Of a stretch of DNA of 64,000 nt, positions 50,650-62,995 are shown one piece after another. Source of the DNA: Mobula hypostoma (lineage: Eukaryota); assembly GCF_963921235.1 (NCBI RefSeq), contig NC_086108.1:70558001-70622000 (forward strand), written 5' to 3'. Within the stretch, counting starts at the first letter, position 1, and every line of letters starts with the position of its first letter. The notes under the pieces are model-generated. The model was not told the DNA's origin. It did not search any database and saw only the letters and a list, made by a program, of their open reading frames with translations. A program made the position numbers and the translations under genes.

Positions 50650-51040
50650 ATTAGTTGTTGTACTTTGGTAAGTTAAACCAGGGCCGTATTTATACAGTGA
50701 ATAGTAGGGCCCTTATTGTAGAACAGAAAGATCAAGGGGTACAAATACATCATTCCCTTTTAGTAGGCAGGGTTGTGAAGGCAGCATTTGGCATGCTCAC
50801 TGTCATCAGTCAGGGCTTGAGCTGGGACAACATATTACTGCTATACAAGACATTGGTAAGACTACACCTGAAGCACTGTATGCAATTTTGAAGGCCAAGT
50901 TATAGGAAGGATGTCATTTAGCTAGAGAAAGTGCAGAAAAGATTCACAACTGGAGTCTCAAGTTACAAGGAGAAACTGTATGGGATTTGACACTGATGAG
51001 TTGGACAAAGGGTCTATTTCTGTTCTATATAACTCTCTGC
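50650..51040 (+). mobile_element. old CR1 3' fragment
   Basis: LYKTLVRLHLKHCMQF remnant. Confidence 0.7.
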
Positions 51041-52009
51041 TGAAGTGCCAATAAATGCGATGATCAGTTGTAGTCCTTACTGGATAGATATTATACAAAG
51101 TTTGTTGGACCAGATTAATAACCATAATAAGAGAGAGAAGGAAGGAAAAGGAGAACACCCTTCAAAGCACTTTGCTTTGTTAATTGCCAAGTACTTCAAC
51201 ATAAAATCATATTACTAAACTGAGATCCCTAAACTACGTCTGATTATAGAAATAACGTTATTGCACCAATACTTCTGATGTCCCAAGAACTTATATTTAA
51301 CCCTATTTATTTCATTTCCATGACGTTCTTTTGCAATATCTTCTGAAAACACAGTTCCTATGTTTATGCAAGGTAGTTCCTATTAATTCCTCACTTTCAA
51401 CACACTTCACCATCCATTCTCTAGAAGTTGTTAGTCTATTGATCCAAATTTTCTTCTAATTGAATACTGGGGCTATTGGGTTACAAATAAGCTGACTTAA
51501 GAGAAATCCAATTTTATGTAATTCTCCTATGCATTTTTAAAGCATTATTCAAGTAATAATAATATATTCCATGGTGTTCCTTAATAGCCAGAAACAGTAT
51601 ATATTTCATTAGTTTACTTCTGGGTGGTGGTAAGGTGAATAATGAAATAAAATAATTACAGCAAGTGAAAGTAAAGTGATACAATATAAGCTACTATTGA
51701 AAATGGAGTATAAAGTATGTGACAGAAGCAAAAGTTTTGTTTGGGGTTTTTACCAAAGGGGAGGTAAAGAATGTGATGGCTTCTCACCAGTGACTAAAGA
51801 ATTGCACATTATGGCCATTCCTCTGGAGACCCAAACAGCTAAGTGACAAAAAAAATCAAATAATTAAAGCCACTGGAATGGCGTAGCAGAGAGTCACAGT
51901 GCGTTTGTTTCCAGAATTGTTAAAACATGCATGTATTGCACATATGTAAATATAATTTCCTATAATTAATGAAGCACTCAAAAAATAATCACTGCACTTG
52001 TTTTCATAC

Positions 52010-52480
52010 AGAACTGTACACCATAGAAAACAACCCTTCAGTTCAATTCATCCATGCTGATTATAATGCCTATCAATACTAGTCCCAATAGTCTATGTTG
52101 ACTGCATATGTCTACTTCTTCCTCATTCCTGTCCCTGTCTAAATGTCTTTTCAAAGTTGTAATTATAACTGCCTCTGGCAGCACATGAGATCATGATCTC
52201 ATTTAAATTTCCTTTAAATGTCCTTTAAATTTCTCCCCTGTCAGCATATACTAATATCTTCTAGTTTCATACTCCCTACTGGAGGAAGATGACACTGATT
52301 ACCTACTGTATCTATGCTTCTCATAATTTTATAAACCACTGTAAGGTCACACATCAGTCTCCTATGTTGTAGTGTGAATAAACCCAGTCAGTCTGGTATG
52401 TAAAGCTCTCCATTTCAGGCAACATCCTGGTAAATCTGTTCTGCACTCTTTCTAATGCTCCTCCATGATCTTTGTAGTGT
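52010..52480 (-). mobile_element. old CR1 3' fragment
   Basis: caggcaacatcctggtaaatctgttctgcactcttt motif shared with other CR1 copies. Confidence 0.65.
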
Positions 52481-52589
52481 GGATTACCATGTATATACAT
52501 TCAACAGATATGTGAACCATCTGTACTGGTAGAGGTTTTCAGTGAGAGAGGCCCTCAAATATACGTACATCAGGAATATTAAAACTTAC

Positions 52590-52703
52590 TTCTTGGAGAA
52601 CAGGGATAACAGGTGGTTTTCTTTGCTGTAGAAAGTAGAGCACCATAAGGACGTAGGCGTAAGAGGACAGGCTTCCTCTAGAGGCATCACCAATATCACA
52701 ACG
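52590..52703 (-). CDS. TUT4: TUT4 exon (114 nt)
   Basis: atag|CGT...GAA|gtaagt; RCDIGDASRGSLSSYAYVLMVLYFLQQRKPPVIPVLQE. Confidence 0.97.
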
Positions 52704-55346
52704 CTATAAAAAGTGAATTATTCAGTTAGAATAAATCCTGAGAAAACTAATATCGATATCATTGACTTCACATAAGTTCAGCTTGCTATTTCTGTTACCA
52801 GTGATGGACATTCCACTGAGATGTACAGGACAGACATTCCTATTAACAAGAACATTCTCCTGCTCAGTGTGGCCTATTCTCTGACTCCCTTTACACTCAC
52901 CAGGTTGCAGATACAGAATTTCCACTATAATTAGGGGCTTCATCTTAAAAACAACGTAATCTCTACTTCGATCAGTGAATTACCGAGCCTACTTTTGGTT
53001 GCTTTTACAACAACTACTTACAGAGTAACAAGTTCTGTAAGTAAACAGAACTACTGATATCAGACGCAACAAGGAAGTGCACCACTGGTTTCCATGAGTC
53101 AAGGTATATTTATTACTGAAGTATGTATACAGAATACAGCTCTGAGATACATCCTCCTGCCGGCAGCCGCAAAATAAAAAAAAATTCAAGAAAACATCAA
53201 ACACCGAATGAGCAAAAAAAGAACAAATTGCATAAACATAAAGCAAGCGAACATCAAACCAGCAGTCTAGTAGTATTCAGTTCAGCACTGTGCCACTAGC
53301 CCACTGCAGGTCGCAGCGCCTTTCTTTCCTGAAGCACCCCAGTCTGCATTGATCACCCCAATCAACCCGCTCAAAAAGCGCAAAAAAAGTAACCAGAATC
53401 TAGAAACAAATGCAACATGAACCCCAAAGTCCCCCAAAATGAGTCCACATCCTTGGTGAACAATCCTTGCACATGGATCCTAAGACTCCGGCACCTTCTT
53501 CTCACAATGGCTAGCGAGAGGGAGAGGAAGACCAGTCAAATTCAGGCTGATGGTGCCGAACACCCACCCAGCCTTGTCAACTTCAACTTTGCTTGATGCC
53601 TCAACTGGAGAGAAGCAACGGAGTTGATCATGGGCTCACGTGTCGTCTCCAGGCTTCCAGACCGTACACTCTGCTCCAAACCTCACCAAACTCCAAGGTG
53701 CCAGATTGCTCAATCGGTCCAAAAATCACCTGCTCTAATTGCACGCAGCTTAGTACTAGAATCATATTTGACTGAAAATTGTCTGCAGGATGTTGTCATT
53801 GGCCGTGTTGTTCACTGGGGACATTTTGAATGACATAACCCCCAAAACACATAGGATGCAATGGTTCCACTGCACAAAAATCGTGAAAAACAGCTTCCTT
53901 CCCCTTACCTGTACTTTTATTGAGCAATGATAATGTGAAATGTGTAAACAAACCCATATCCTAACATTATCAGTGTGTCTTGCAAATAATGTACTGAAAT
54001 GATATACTCTAACACTGTTACATCAATACTGGAAGATTAATGACAATACTAGTCAGTAACTGTTATGCATTTACCTATTTTTTGTTCCATGAATAAAGGT
54101 TCTAAATAAGTTTAATGAAGAGTCTAAGTACAAAAAGAAGTGATTACCTTAGTATTCTTCTTTAAGAGAATTTCCATAGCCAAAACATTTTTATTTTCCC
54201 ATTTACTAACCGAATTAAATTCAAGAGGTATGACTGTTATCAAATTGTTATAGAGACAACAAAAATATTTGTTTCTGTTGTAATCACCCATAATTTGTGT
54301 AAGGTCTCATCTCCTCCTAAGCTAGGGCTTATTAAAATAACTAAGGGTAATTAATCTATCCAAGGTTGAAGATACTTGCTGAGTTTTATGATCAGCCAAA
54401 TTGGTTATTTCTCTGATTATGAATTTGTTAAGAAGATACCAATACTTGGAAACCCATGCACCCAGTCTCCCTCACATAAGAATCTAGAAATCATTTCATG
54501 ATTATATATTATTTGAACTGTGCTTGTAATTTCAATTCTTATCAGTTAATATCTTTTTTAAAATCGGTGAATAGCATGAACAGACATATAGCATTGAGAA
54601 AATTATATCTTTTACAGTAATTATAGAATTATATTAATATTCAACACAAGTTACAAATTAAATTTTTTCCAAGACTACATTAAAATATTTTTCTGGTAAT
54701 CACAACGATGGAAACAGTACTTTTCACTTTAATTTTTTATCCTTCATGTCATATACCTGAATGTCAAGACATGGTTCTAGATGTACAGAATTGTGTAAGA
54801 AACTAAAGAAAAGGCATATTACTGGCACAATGCACCAGACTCTTTAATACAGTGTCTCTGATTATCAGCTCTTCAACCATTTGGAAATCCCAATGGTTTG
54901 GCACCTGGCTCACCTGGTGATTTTGCAATTTCTATTCAGCTGTGCCACAGTTCTTGTGATCTTTTCCACTTACTGGGGCCCACTTCCCACACTCCCTTTC
55001 CATACCCCAGGGTCCATTTCAGCTGTTCTTGTGTTCCTGTTCATTACTGAGTTCCTGGTTCCTGCACTTCCTTTCCACCCACTGGGACCTCGATTCTAGT
55101 GTTCCTGTCCACTCAACGCATCCTCTTTCTGATTCTAAAAGTCTCCGGTTTCAGTGCTGTGTGTTCGCTGTCCTGAGCACCAGTTCCTACATTTCCTTTC
55201 AATTTCTTTTGTCTGTCCTCCCTTAAAACACACTTGGTCCTAATTCTTACACTTCCATTAAAATTACTAGATTTGCTGAAATGTTTCAAAGAAAGTGAAC
55301 TAAAAGTACGCTGGAGTGTTAATAAAATATCACTTTTGCTCTAGAA

Positions 55347-55426
55347 CAGGGGTTCCCAACCCAGGGTCTATGGACCCCTCAGGTAATGGTCCGGGTCCAT
55401 GGCATAAAGAAGGTTGGGAGTCCCTG
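55347..55426. mobile_element. 80-bp hAT-Charlie MITE
   Basis: TIRs CAGGGGTTCCCAACC / GGTTGGGAGTCCCTG; 8-bp TSD ctctagaa/atccagaa matching the Charlie NTCTAGAN target preference. Confidence 0.85.
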
Positions 55427-55769
55427 ATCCAGAAAGTCTGCTAGTCTGGCACATCAAAATCCAGAGCATTTCAGACTAACAGAGCATCACTGTACTTTGA
55501 CAATGCAAAACTTCCATTCAGAACTTTGCTCAGAAACAGTGAATTCTGCGTTCTTTTCAGTGTGAAACATGGGTGCATGCCTGAGAGGAATGCTGCAACT
55601 CTGATTAAAGAAACCCTCGTGCAAGTAGGCACTTTTCTACTTTTTGTTCTAATTTAAATACAAACACAAAACCCTACAATGAGCAAGCCAATGAATGTAG
55701 GAAATATAATACAGAGGATTAATCTATGATAAAGACGAGTAAACTGCAACTTCTAATCGGTAAATTTAC

Positions 55770-55859
55770 CTTGGCAAACACCTTCATGGTGTATCCCAAA
55801 TATTTTACTCTAGGATCTATGGCAGCATATGTAGCCAGCATCCTTGTGTTATGTTGTGC
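55770..55859 (-). CDS. TUT4: TUT4 exon (90 nt)
   Basis: gcag|GCA...AAG|gtaaat; AQHNTRMLATYAAIDPRVKYLGYTMKVFAK. Confidence 0.97.
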
Positions 55860-56029
55860 CTGCAGAAAACAGAGTTATCACTTAAAAAAAAAGCCTCATG
55901 ACAGATAAACTTAATCATCCTTGTAATCATTTTTAATGATAGAATATTAGACAAATAATGATTCAAATTATATATTATACATAGAATAAATTCAAGTATC
56001 TATGTACGAAAATATCTAGAATTCCTTAC

Positions 56030-56133
56030 CAAAGTATTATACAAGCTGATATCTCCCTCCAACCCACTCTGTCGATGTTCAAATTTTACAATAGGCACTT
56101 TGGCTGTTGTTATAGGCAAGATGTTTCTCAAAC
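56030..56133 (-). CDS. TUT4: TUT4 exon (104 nt), third catalytic aspartate
   Basis: atag|GT...TTG|gtaagg; GLRNILPITTAKVPIVKFEHRQSGLEGDISLYNTL. Confidence 0.97.
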
Positions 56134-57027
56134 CTATCAAAATAGATGTAGTGATTTCTGAACACAATTTGTCAAAATCTTGTTATAATTTAACTGCTTA
56201 AGATTGATCTAATTAAACATTTGGACAGACTTCCAAAAACTAAAGATAACTGGCCACCTGCCCTTGGCTGTACTGTTTCTTCCAGCATAATCCTAGGCAG
56301 AATCTTCCACTGGGAGCCTGGCTTCCAACACATCGAGTCAGCATGTTTCAATGAAGAGGTCAGTATATGCAGCCAGCTACACAAACTGAATGGCTTTGAT
56401 AGTCAATGAGGCCTTGATACACAGGCTCACTATCAAAGCAGACACTCTCATTCAAAGAATATGAATGTCTTTTATACCCACAAGTGTTGAAATTCAATCA
56501 ACCCATTTGCAAAATGAAAACGATTCTGAAAAACATTAGAAGTTTATAAAGATAGAAAAATACATATTACTTAAAAACAATGAGAAACAATTAAATTAAA
56601 TCTGATAAAAAGCCTAACATGCATTCCTCCTAGCAGCTCGTTTCTCCCATTCATGTTAGCGGGGTCTGCTATTGTACTCAGTGCCACCTGGTGTAAGCTC
56701 AGCAGCAGATTTTCCAACCTGCTATCTGGGAAAGCTATGAGAATCGACGGACCAGCAGACTCGTAGACTCCAGGACCATTTCGCCAGTGTAGTACTACAA
56801 TCTGGAACAAGCTTATCTGCCAGAAAACCCCAATGGATTTGTAGAAGATCTGCCCCAATGTTAAATAACTATCAATATGTTTAACAATAATAAAACAAAA
56901 GCTGAAATGCACCAGACAAATAAAATAAGCAGATAATATGTACTAACAAGATTACACATGCCATAATTAAAAATTATGATTATTTGTTCAAATCTTAATG
57001 TTCTCATCAGAAAAAAAATTCACATAC

Positions 57028-57085
57028 CTGGATGCTTTTTAAGAACTTTTGCCAGACCTTCTATTATTTCTTTACAATTGAGTTT
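57028..57085 (-). CDS. TUT4: TUT4 exon (58 nt)
   Basis: ccag|AAA...CCAG|gtatg; KLNCKEIIEGLAKVLKKHP. Confidence 0.96.
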
Positions 57086-57779
57086 CTGGAAGAAATCAAA
57101 CCAGATTTAGAGCATAATACTAGTGCACTACATTCTAAAGCTATGAGACCCCGTGCACACAGCTTGCTAATACCAGATTCTGTCAGTTGGACTAATGTGG
57201 AAGGTTTAGCCAGGTGTGGAAGGATTACTTGGGAAATAATATCAACACCTATTAGACAGGTTTCCATATAAACCTTAATTAAACACAAGAGAGACTGTAT
57301 ATGTATGGCAAAGTAGAATATCTATTTTGAAGGGAGATGCAAAGAGGGGATAGTAATAGCTGAGCTACCAGCAGAGTCCACAGGTTCATCTCTGTGTGAA
57401 GAGAGTTCGATGAGATTGCTAATAGCCTCTTGTGGGCATGCTAAGCAAGTAAGAGAATGAGATAAGTGAAAGGCAGTTTTGGTTGCTATTTATGAAGAGG
57501 CAGTGACTCACAAGTGCCTCAATGGACACTTCAGAAGATCTCAAGGTACATGCAGGGATTTTTTAGACTTTGTTAAAAGCAATTACATATGTTGGGTTTA
57601 AACTCCAAATTTAATATTTCCAGTTTCAATCCTTTGGACTTCACTGCATGGGGCAACTGACTCAGTACATGCATATTAATGCTTTAAAGCCAAATTTACG
57701 GAGCAGCTGAAAAATGACAAATGGATAACTGTATGATATTTCAAACATTATAAACAGAAGTATACAACTTCAGGACTGT

Positions 57780-58070
57780 CAGAGCCCTCTAAAACTCGAC
57801 GTCAGAGGTTTAAAATGAGAGGAGAAAGATTTAAAAAGGATCCAAAAGGGAACTTTTTCCACACAGAGGGTAGCTGGCATACAGAATGTGCTGCCAGAGG
57901 CAATTGCAGAGGTGGGTGCACTTACAATGTTTACAAGACACATGGACAAGGCCATAGATAAGAAAAAGTTAGAGGAATATGGGCCAAATACAAGCAAATG
58001 GAACTAGCTTGGCTGGCATATGTAAGTTTAGCCGAAAGGCCTGTTTCCATGCCGTATGATTTTATGACTA
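57780..58070 (+). mobile_element. CR1 3' end
   Basis: ttttccacacagagggtag...gccgaaaggcctgtttccatgccgtatgattttatgact 3' UTR. Confidence 0.75.
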
Positions 58071-58227
58071 AGCGTATCTGTAACTATTTCAGTACTTTCG
58101 AAAATGAAGCTCATATTTTCACTATCTGGTTGTCTGCAATGAGTGAAGAAAAGAATCACTTCCTAAGATGTCACAAGTATAAAAAAGTTCAAAGCTATGT
58201 TGGATAATATTAAGTAGAAAGTTTACA

Positions 58228-58498
58228 CCACGGTAGCCCAGGGCATTCTGGAGTTTGGAGTGCAATTCTGGTGCCGTTCTATAAGGAGTCTCTGTATGCC
58301 CTCCCTGTGGAATGCATGGGTTTTCTCTGGGTGCTCCAGTTTCCTCCCACAGTCCAAAGATGTACCGGGTAGGTTAACTGGTCATTGTAAATTGTCCTGT
58401 GGATTAGGTTAGGATTAATCTGGTTTGTTGGGGATTGCCAGGGCAGTATGGCTCGAAGAGCCGGAGGGGCTGCTCTGCGCTGTATCGCTAAATAAAAT
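58228..58498 (+). mobile_element. V-SINE/HE1-like SINE
   Basis: gggtgctccagtttcctcccacagtccaaagatg core; 3' ctgtatcgctaaataaaat. Confidence 0.75.
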
Positions 58499-58683
58499 GG
58501 AGTTTACCTGCCGGAGTGAAATGGCAATTAGCATAATTTTTAAATAATTCCTTGGTGATGTATTACTGGCATATTGTGCTCCCTCTTTCCTCTTAGAATC
58601 ATCTTCTCTTACAGGGAGCCATTCTAACTTGGTCACCTTCTTCCACTTCACAAATGTGCTTTTCCATCCTGAGCAAGTCTCAC

Positions 58684-58787
58684 CTCTGCAGTCTCATGGC
58701 CTTCCAAAGTCATGCATATGTCCAAGTCGCTATCACGAAATCCAAATCCATTCTTGGATGAACCAAACAGACACAGTCTGGCCTTAT
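58684..58787 (-). CDS. TUT4: TUT4 exon (104 nt), catalytic nucleotidyltransferase motif
   Basis: gcag|AT...GAG|gtgag; KARLCLFGSSKNGFGFRDSDLDICMTLEGHETAE (GS and DLD catalytic motif). Confidence 0.97.
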
Positions 58788-59283
58788 CTGCAATTCAAGT
58801 TAGTTAATGAATAAACATTAGTGATCCTGGAGTTGTCTATAACAATACTATAAAAGCATAGAATGCTGAAAAGGAAAGAGTTCCAGTAAATTGCTTAATA
58901 AAGGAAGGATGAAGAGTATGAAGGGTAGAACATAGAAGAAAAAGAGTTGGACGAGGAAGCAGAAGTAGAAGCAACGAGGGAAGAGATCAGCATTGGTACA
59001 CAGACATGAGACTGTCTGTGTACATGTTTCTTTCATGCTTTCACTTAGTCCTGGCCTCTCATCTATTCCCTTTCTTTCCTCTCTCCTCATTAATGTAGAG
59101 GTCCAGTGTCACCTCTCTATTGTTATAGTCTCCAGGCACACTACACTTCTTGCTGTGCTCACCATATAGATATACTTATGCTGAATACAACTGTTTTTGA
59201 ATGATTTTCTGTATCACCATATTTTGGGATGCATGTGCAGTGTGGACTGAAAGGAAGGGCACAAACAGACAATCTTGGGTGAG

Positions 59284-59540
59284 AAATCATTGAGGAGGTG
59301 GTGAAATATTAATAACATGAGAGGAGCTCAGAAGGAAAAGGATAGTAAATTCCTAATCCAGCACTTACCTTCAAATTATTTCCTAACATATCTTTCCAAA
59401 TTTTCTCTGGATAATAAATCATGCAGGAGTTGGTGGAATATTTATAAGATGTGAGGAGCTCAGAAGGATAAAGACAATGAATTTCTAATCTTGAACTTAC
59501 CATCAAATTCCTTCCGAATAAATCTTTCCAAACTTGCTAG
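59284..59540 (-). repeat. diverged tandem duplication (period 132 bp) covering the 3' end of TUT4 exon 59501-59581 and its donor
   Basis: gaggagctcagaagga at 59321 and 59453; acttacc donor motif at 59369 and 59501; atctttccaaa in both copies. Confidence 0.9.
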
Positions 59541-59581
59541 GGTTTGTTCCCGATTTTGCTCCTCCAGAGGTGACAGTTCAT
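59501..59581 (-). CDS. TUT4: TUT4 exon (81 nt)
   Basis: ttcag|AT...GATG|gtaagt; DELSPLEEQNREQTLASLERFIRKEFD. Confidence 0.95.
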
Positions 59582-60713
59582 CTGAAATCAAAATTTAATT
59601 ATACACAAGTTTTATCTATGTTTAAACAAATGAATAAAACCAGATGTCCACATGAGTTGTATTGGCATAAAAACATTCAATTACCATTGGATTCCAAAGA
59701 AAGCTTGTGTTGCTTCCTCATTTATTTATTCTCCACGTATGAAAATATACATAGATCTGCAATCTATGTAATAAATTCTACATCTTCTTTTGAAAACCAA
59801 ACCATAAGATTTGTTCTTTTTTCTAATACACATTGTGTCATTTCAGTTTTCTTCTACTTCATTTATGTAATATTGATACTGTCAACTAATGAGGGATTGG
59901 AAATTTAATTCTAATTTAACCAGATTTTAGTTTCAATAGAAAGGAAAATATTCTGCTGTCATTAGTTTTCTTTTGATATCTGGTAACCTACACAATTTCA
60001 AAATAACTTTTAGGTAACACTGAATTTATAATTTCTAACAGAAAAGCACATATAATGCATCCTGTAAAGAAAATGCGGAAGAAAACTTTTAAAAATTCCA
60101 CAAAGAACTTAAATCAAGAAGCATGGGCAAAGTAGCATCACATCTGGTGCAATAAGATCTTAAAAGACAGATTATCCTCAATTTTCCTCATATCTCCTGG
60201 AAAAAACATGTTTTATGGAGAAAGTACAAATGAGGGAGAATTACTACAACGAGCTACCAATTAAAAATCAGAGGAATTGATTTTCCCTATACAGGAACAC
60301 ACAAGATAAAATCTCAATCCTTGTGTATTGAAAGGAATACTTTAATGAGAAGTTTTTATGAACTATACGTTTTTATAATTAGCAAAGGCAAAGTAAACTT
60401 AAGTACAGGAAATGATACTGTATATCATACTTCTTCACAAGGGACATTTCAAAGCACAGCAGTTTCACACTTCTAATTTGTCAATGAACATTACTGTACT
60501 GAGTTGGATTTGATTCATCCACATGGAATTAACATGATTTACAATTTTATAGCAGTACATGAATCATTTACTTCGGACACATGTAGATTGATAAAGTCAT
60601 AGAACGCCACTGATTCAGTGTTTTTCTACTTTGAAGAAGGTATATGTTTTTAGACCAAAATATTACTTAATCCAATACTTACTTTAGTAATTATAAGATG
60701 ACACTGAACCTAC

Positions 60714-60864
60714 CATAACATTTAGTGCAGACTAAATCGAGAATTTGCTTAAATTTATTTATCATAGGTGGCAAAGGCATCAAATCAATCTTCTTGAAGT
60801 CCTCTGGGCAATCGTTCTTTGAATGTCCATCTCGTTTGCAGATGCTGCACACAATCGTGGGAGG
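60714..60864 (-). CDS. TUT4: TUT4 exon (151 nt), first CCHC zinc knuckle
   Basis: ttcag|CCT...TATG|gtagg; PPTIVCSICKRDGHSKNDCPEDFKKIDLMPLPPMINKFKQILDLVCTKCY. Confidence 0.96.
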
Positions 60865-62171
60865 CTGAATATAATACAAAACATTTACTAACTTGAAGCA
60901 TCTTCTAAACAAAAGCAAGTTTACCCAGCTAAATCTTCAGTGTTATTTAAGCATTAAAATAAAATGAACTTCATGATTCCAAATTCACCAAGTGACTGTC
61001 CCTCCATATTCTGAACTGCCACTGCATTCTACGTGGCTGTTACAATCCAGTGGGATAGACAGCTACCAGCAGCCATGCACTGCCAAATCCTATAGTGCAT
61101 TATAGTCCAATCCAGATCCACTGGACGAACTTTGGCCCAGAGCACTTCAATAGATATAACTACCTAATACTGCCATCATCGAAGTGCACTCTATATTAGC
61201 AACACTCTTTTATGAAAATATGCAAGTGGTATTTACTACACAGAATGTGCAAATAATTTAATTTATTGAGCAGCAAATCTCTAGGCAGTGATCTTCATTT
61301 TGTGGGTTATTACTTAGTTTTAAAGCTGACAAATACTTTGTTAAGAGTTTCTGTCCTCATTTTTCATCTATCACCCATTAGAAACCATACTTTGATCTGT
61401 TTTACAAAGAATTCAAAATACTCAAATTGTCAAAGGATTGGTCAAATGTCTGTATCATATAGATTTACATATAGGAAAATGAAAATTACACAAAAATCAA
61501 TAAAAAATACTACTGCAAGATAAATACTCTGATTTCTTTCAGTGATATTATTGTTTCCTCAACCAATTCACCATGTTTCCAAATAATATTTTAAAACGTC
61601 AATATAAAATTGAAATAATTGTTAAGCAACAAGTTGAGTTTAACACATAGCTGTGTTGAGATCTTAAAAGCTCATTAAGTTGACTTCCCTAACTTTTTCA
61701 GTTTTTCTCCTTACTGGAAATCTTTGAAGTGTGGAGGCTGAAGTATTTGGGCCTCCCTACTCTGTAAATATTCTGTAAGTACAAACTCATCTATTGATTG
61801 TTTCATTACACCAATACCAAAATAAAATGAAACACCAATCCAGAAATAGGGCTGACACAGGCAATTTTCTAAAATTTGCTTTGCTTTCCTGTTCTTCCAC
61901 TGTTAATGGGAAGCGTTTTTATTCTATTTTCTTTAAGACAATTCTTAGTATGAACATTGTCACTTGTGTCAATTGTTCAAAGTATAACTACACTGCTCAT
62001 CTACCCATCGCAGCCACTTCAAAACAGTGTGTTCATCAAATGAAAATTTGAAAAAAAACATAGTTACCAAAATTGAGACGTTACTGTTTCTAGATATGTG
62101 GTTGATTCAAAGATTGTACTTTTAAAAATATGAATCACCATGCATTCATGCAAATCTGAATGATAACTTGC

Positions 62172-62995
62172 CTTTCCATTTGTTAGAATGCTTTTCTCAA
62201 AGACATAATACAGTTCCCCTGTTTCTGACACATTGTCCACATCATCAACAACACTGCAGCTCAAAGTTTCAGTTTCTGTTGTGCAAGTCTGTGAGGTAGT
62301 TGAAATGCAACTGGCAGTGCAATTTGTTCCTTCAGAGCAGTGTACTTCAAGTTTGCAACTATCTTTATGTCTTAGTGACTGCAAATTGGCTGGTGGCATC
62401 ACATTTTCCATACTGTTAGACACAAATCCTGTTCCTTTCAGCTCCGCTTGTTTTGAACAAATCTCTGAAGAATCAGACAACTTCAGAGTTCTAGTGGAAT
62501 GCTCCACTGAATTGCAGCTGAGCAATCTTTCATTGGCATCTGTTGTACAGTTGCCAGTCTCTTGATTTCCCATATCAGATTTTAGCAAATTCACTGCAAT
62601 TCCACCAGTGGGAGATGAAACACTCTTCAATTCTAAATGTTCAAGCTCTGTTTTTACACTTTCAATAGACTCAGCAGCTATGTTAGCAAATACCAGAGTT
62701 CCACAGTTACTTGTCCCGTTTATCATTTCTCCATTGGAGGAATGTTCTTTCATATCTCTCTCTGCAGCAGTTCCCTTTTGTGGCAGACGACAATTCCCTG
62801 GATGTTCTTCCAGTTTTGCAATCTTTTTATTGCAAATTTTCCCTTTTTTCCTTGCATCTGGTTTTACTTTGATCCCATCTTTTACTTGACGAGAAGCAAA
62901 ATATTTATATGCAGTCCTAAATCGCTCCAGAATATACTCATACACCATCTGGCTGTTCAAACTCCGAGCAATATTTCTCTTTAGTGCAAAAGGAT
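62172..62995 (-). CDS. TUT4: TUT4 large exon (824 nt): end of the N-terminal PAP-associated region plus a poorly conserved linker
   Basis: aacag|AT CCT; DPFALKRNIARSLNSQMVYEYILERFRTAYKYFA...ELYYVFEKSILTNGK; ends at a GC donor AAG|gcaagt. Confidence 0.93.

Noticed and set aside
61165..61187. taatactgcc matching the start of miR-200b
   Set aside because: Only 10 nt match; the rest of the mature sequence and a proper precursor hairpin are absent.
62233..62984. + strand ORFs of 93-115 aa
   Set aside because: Antisense shadows of the large TUT4 exon.
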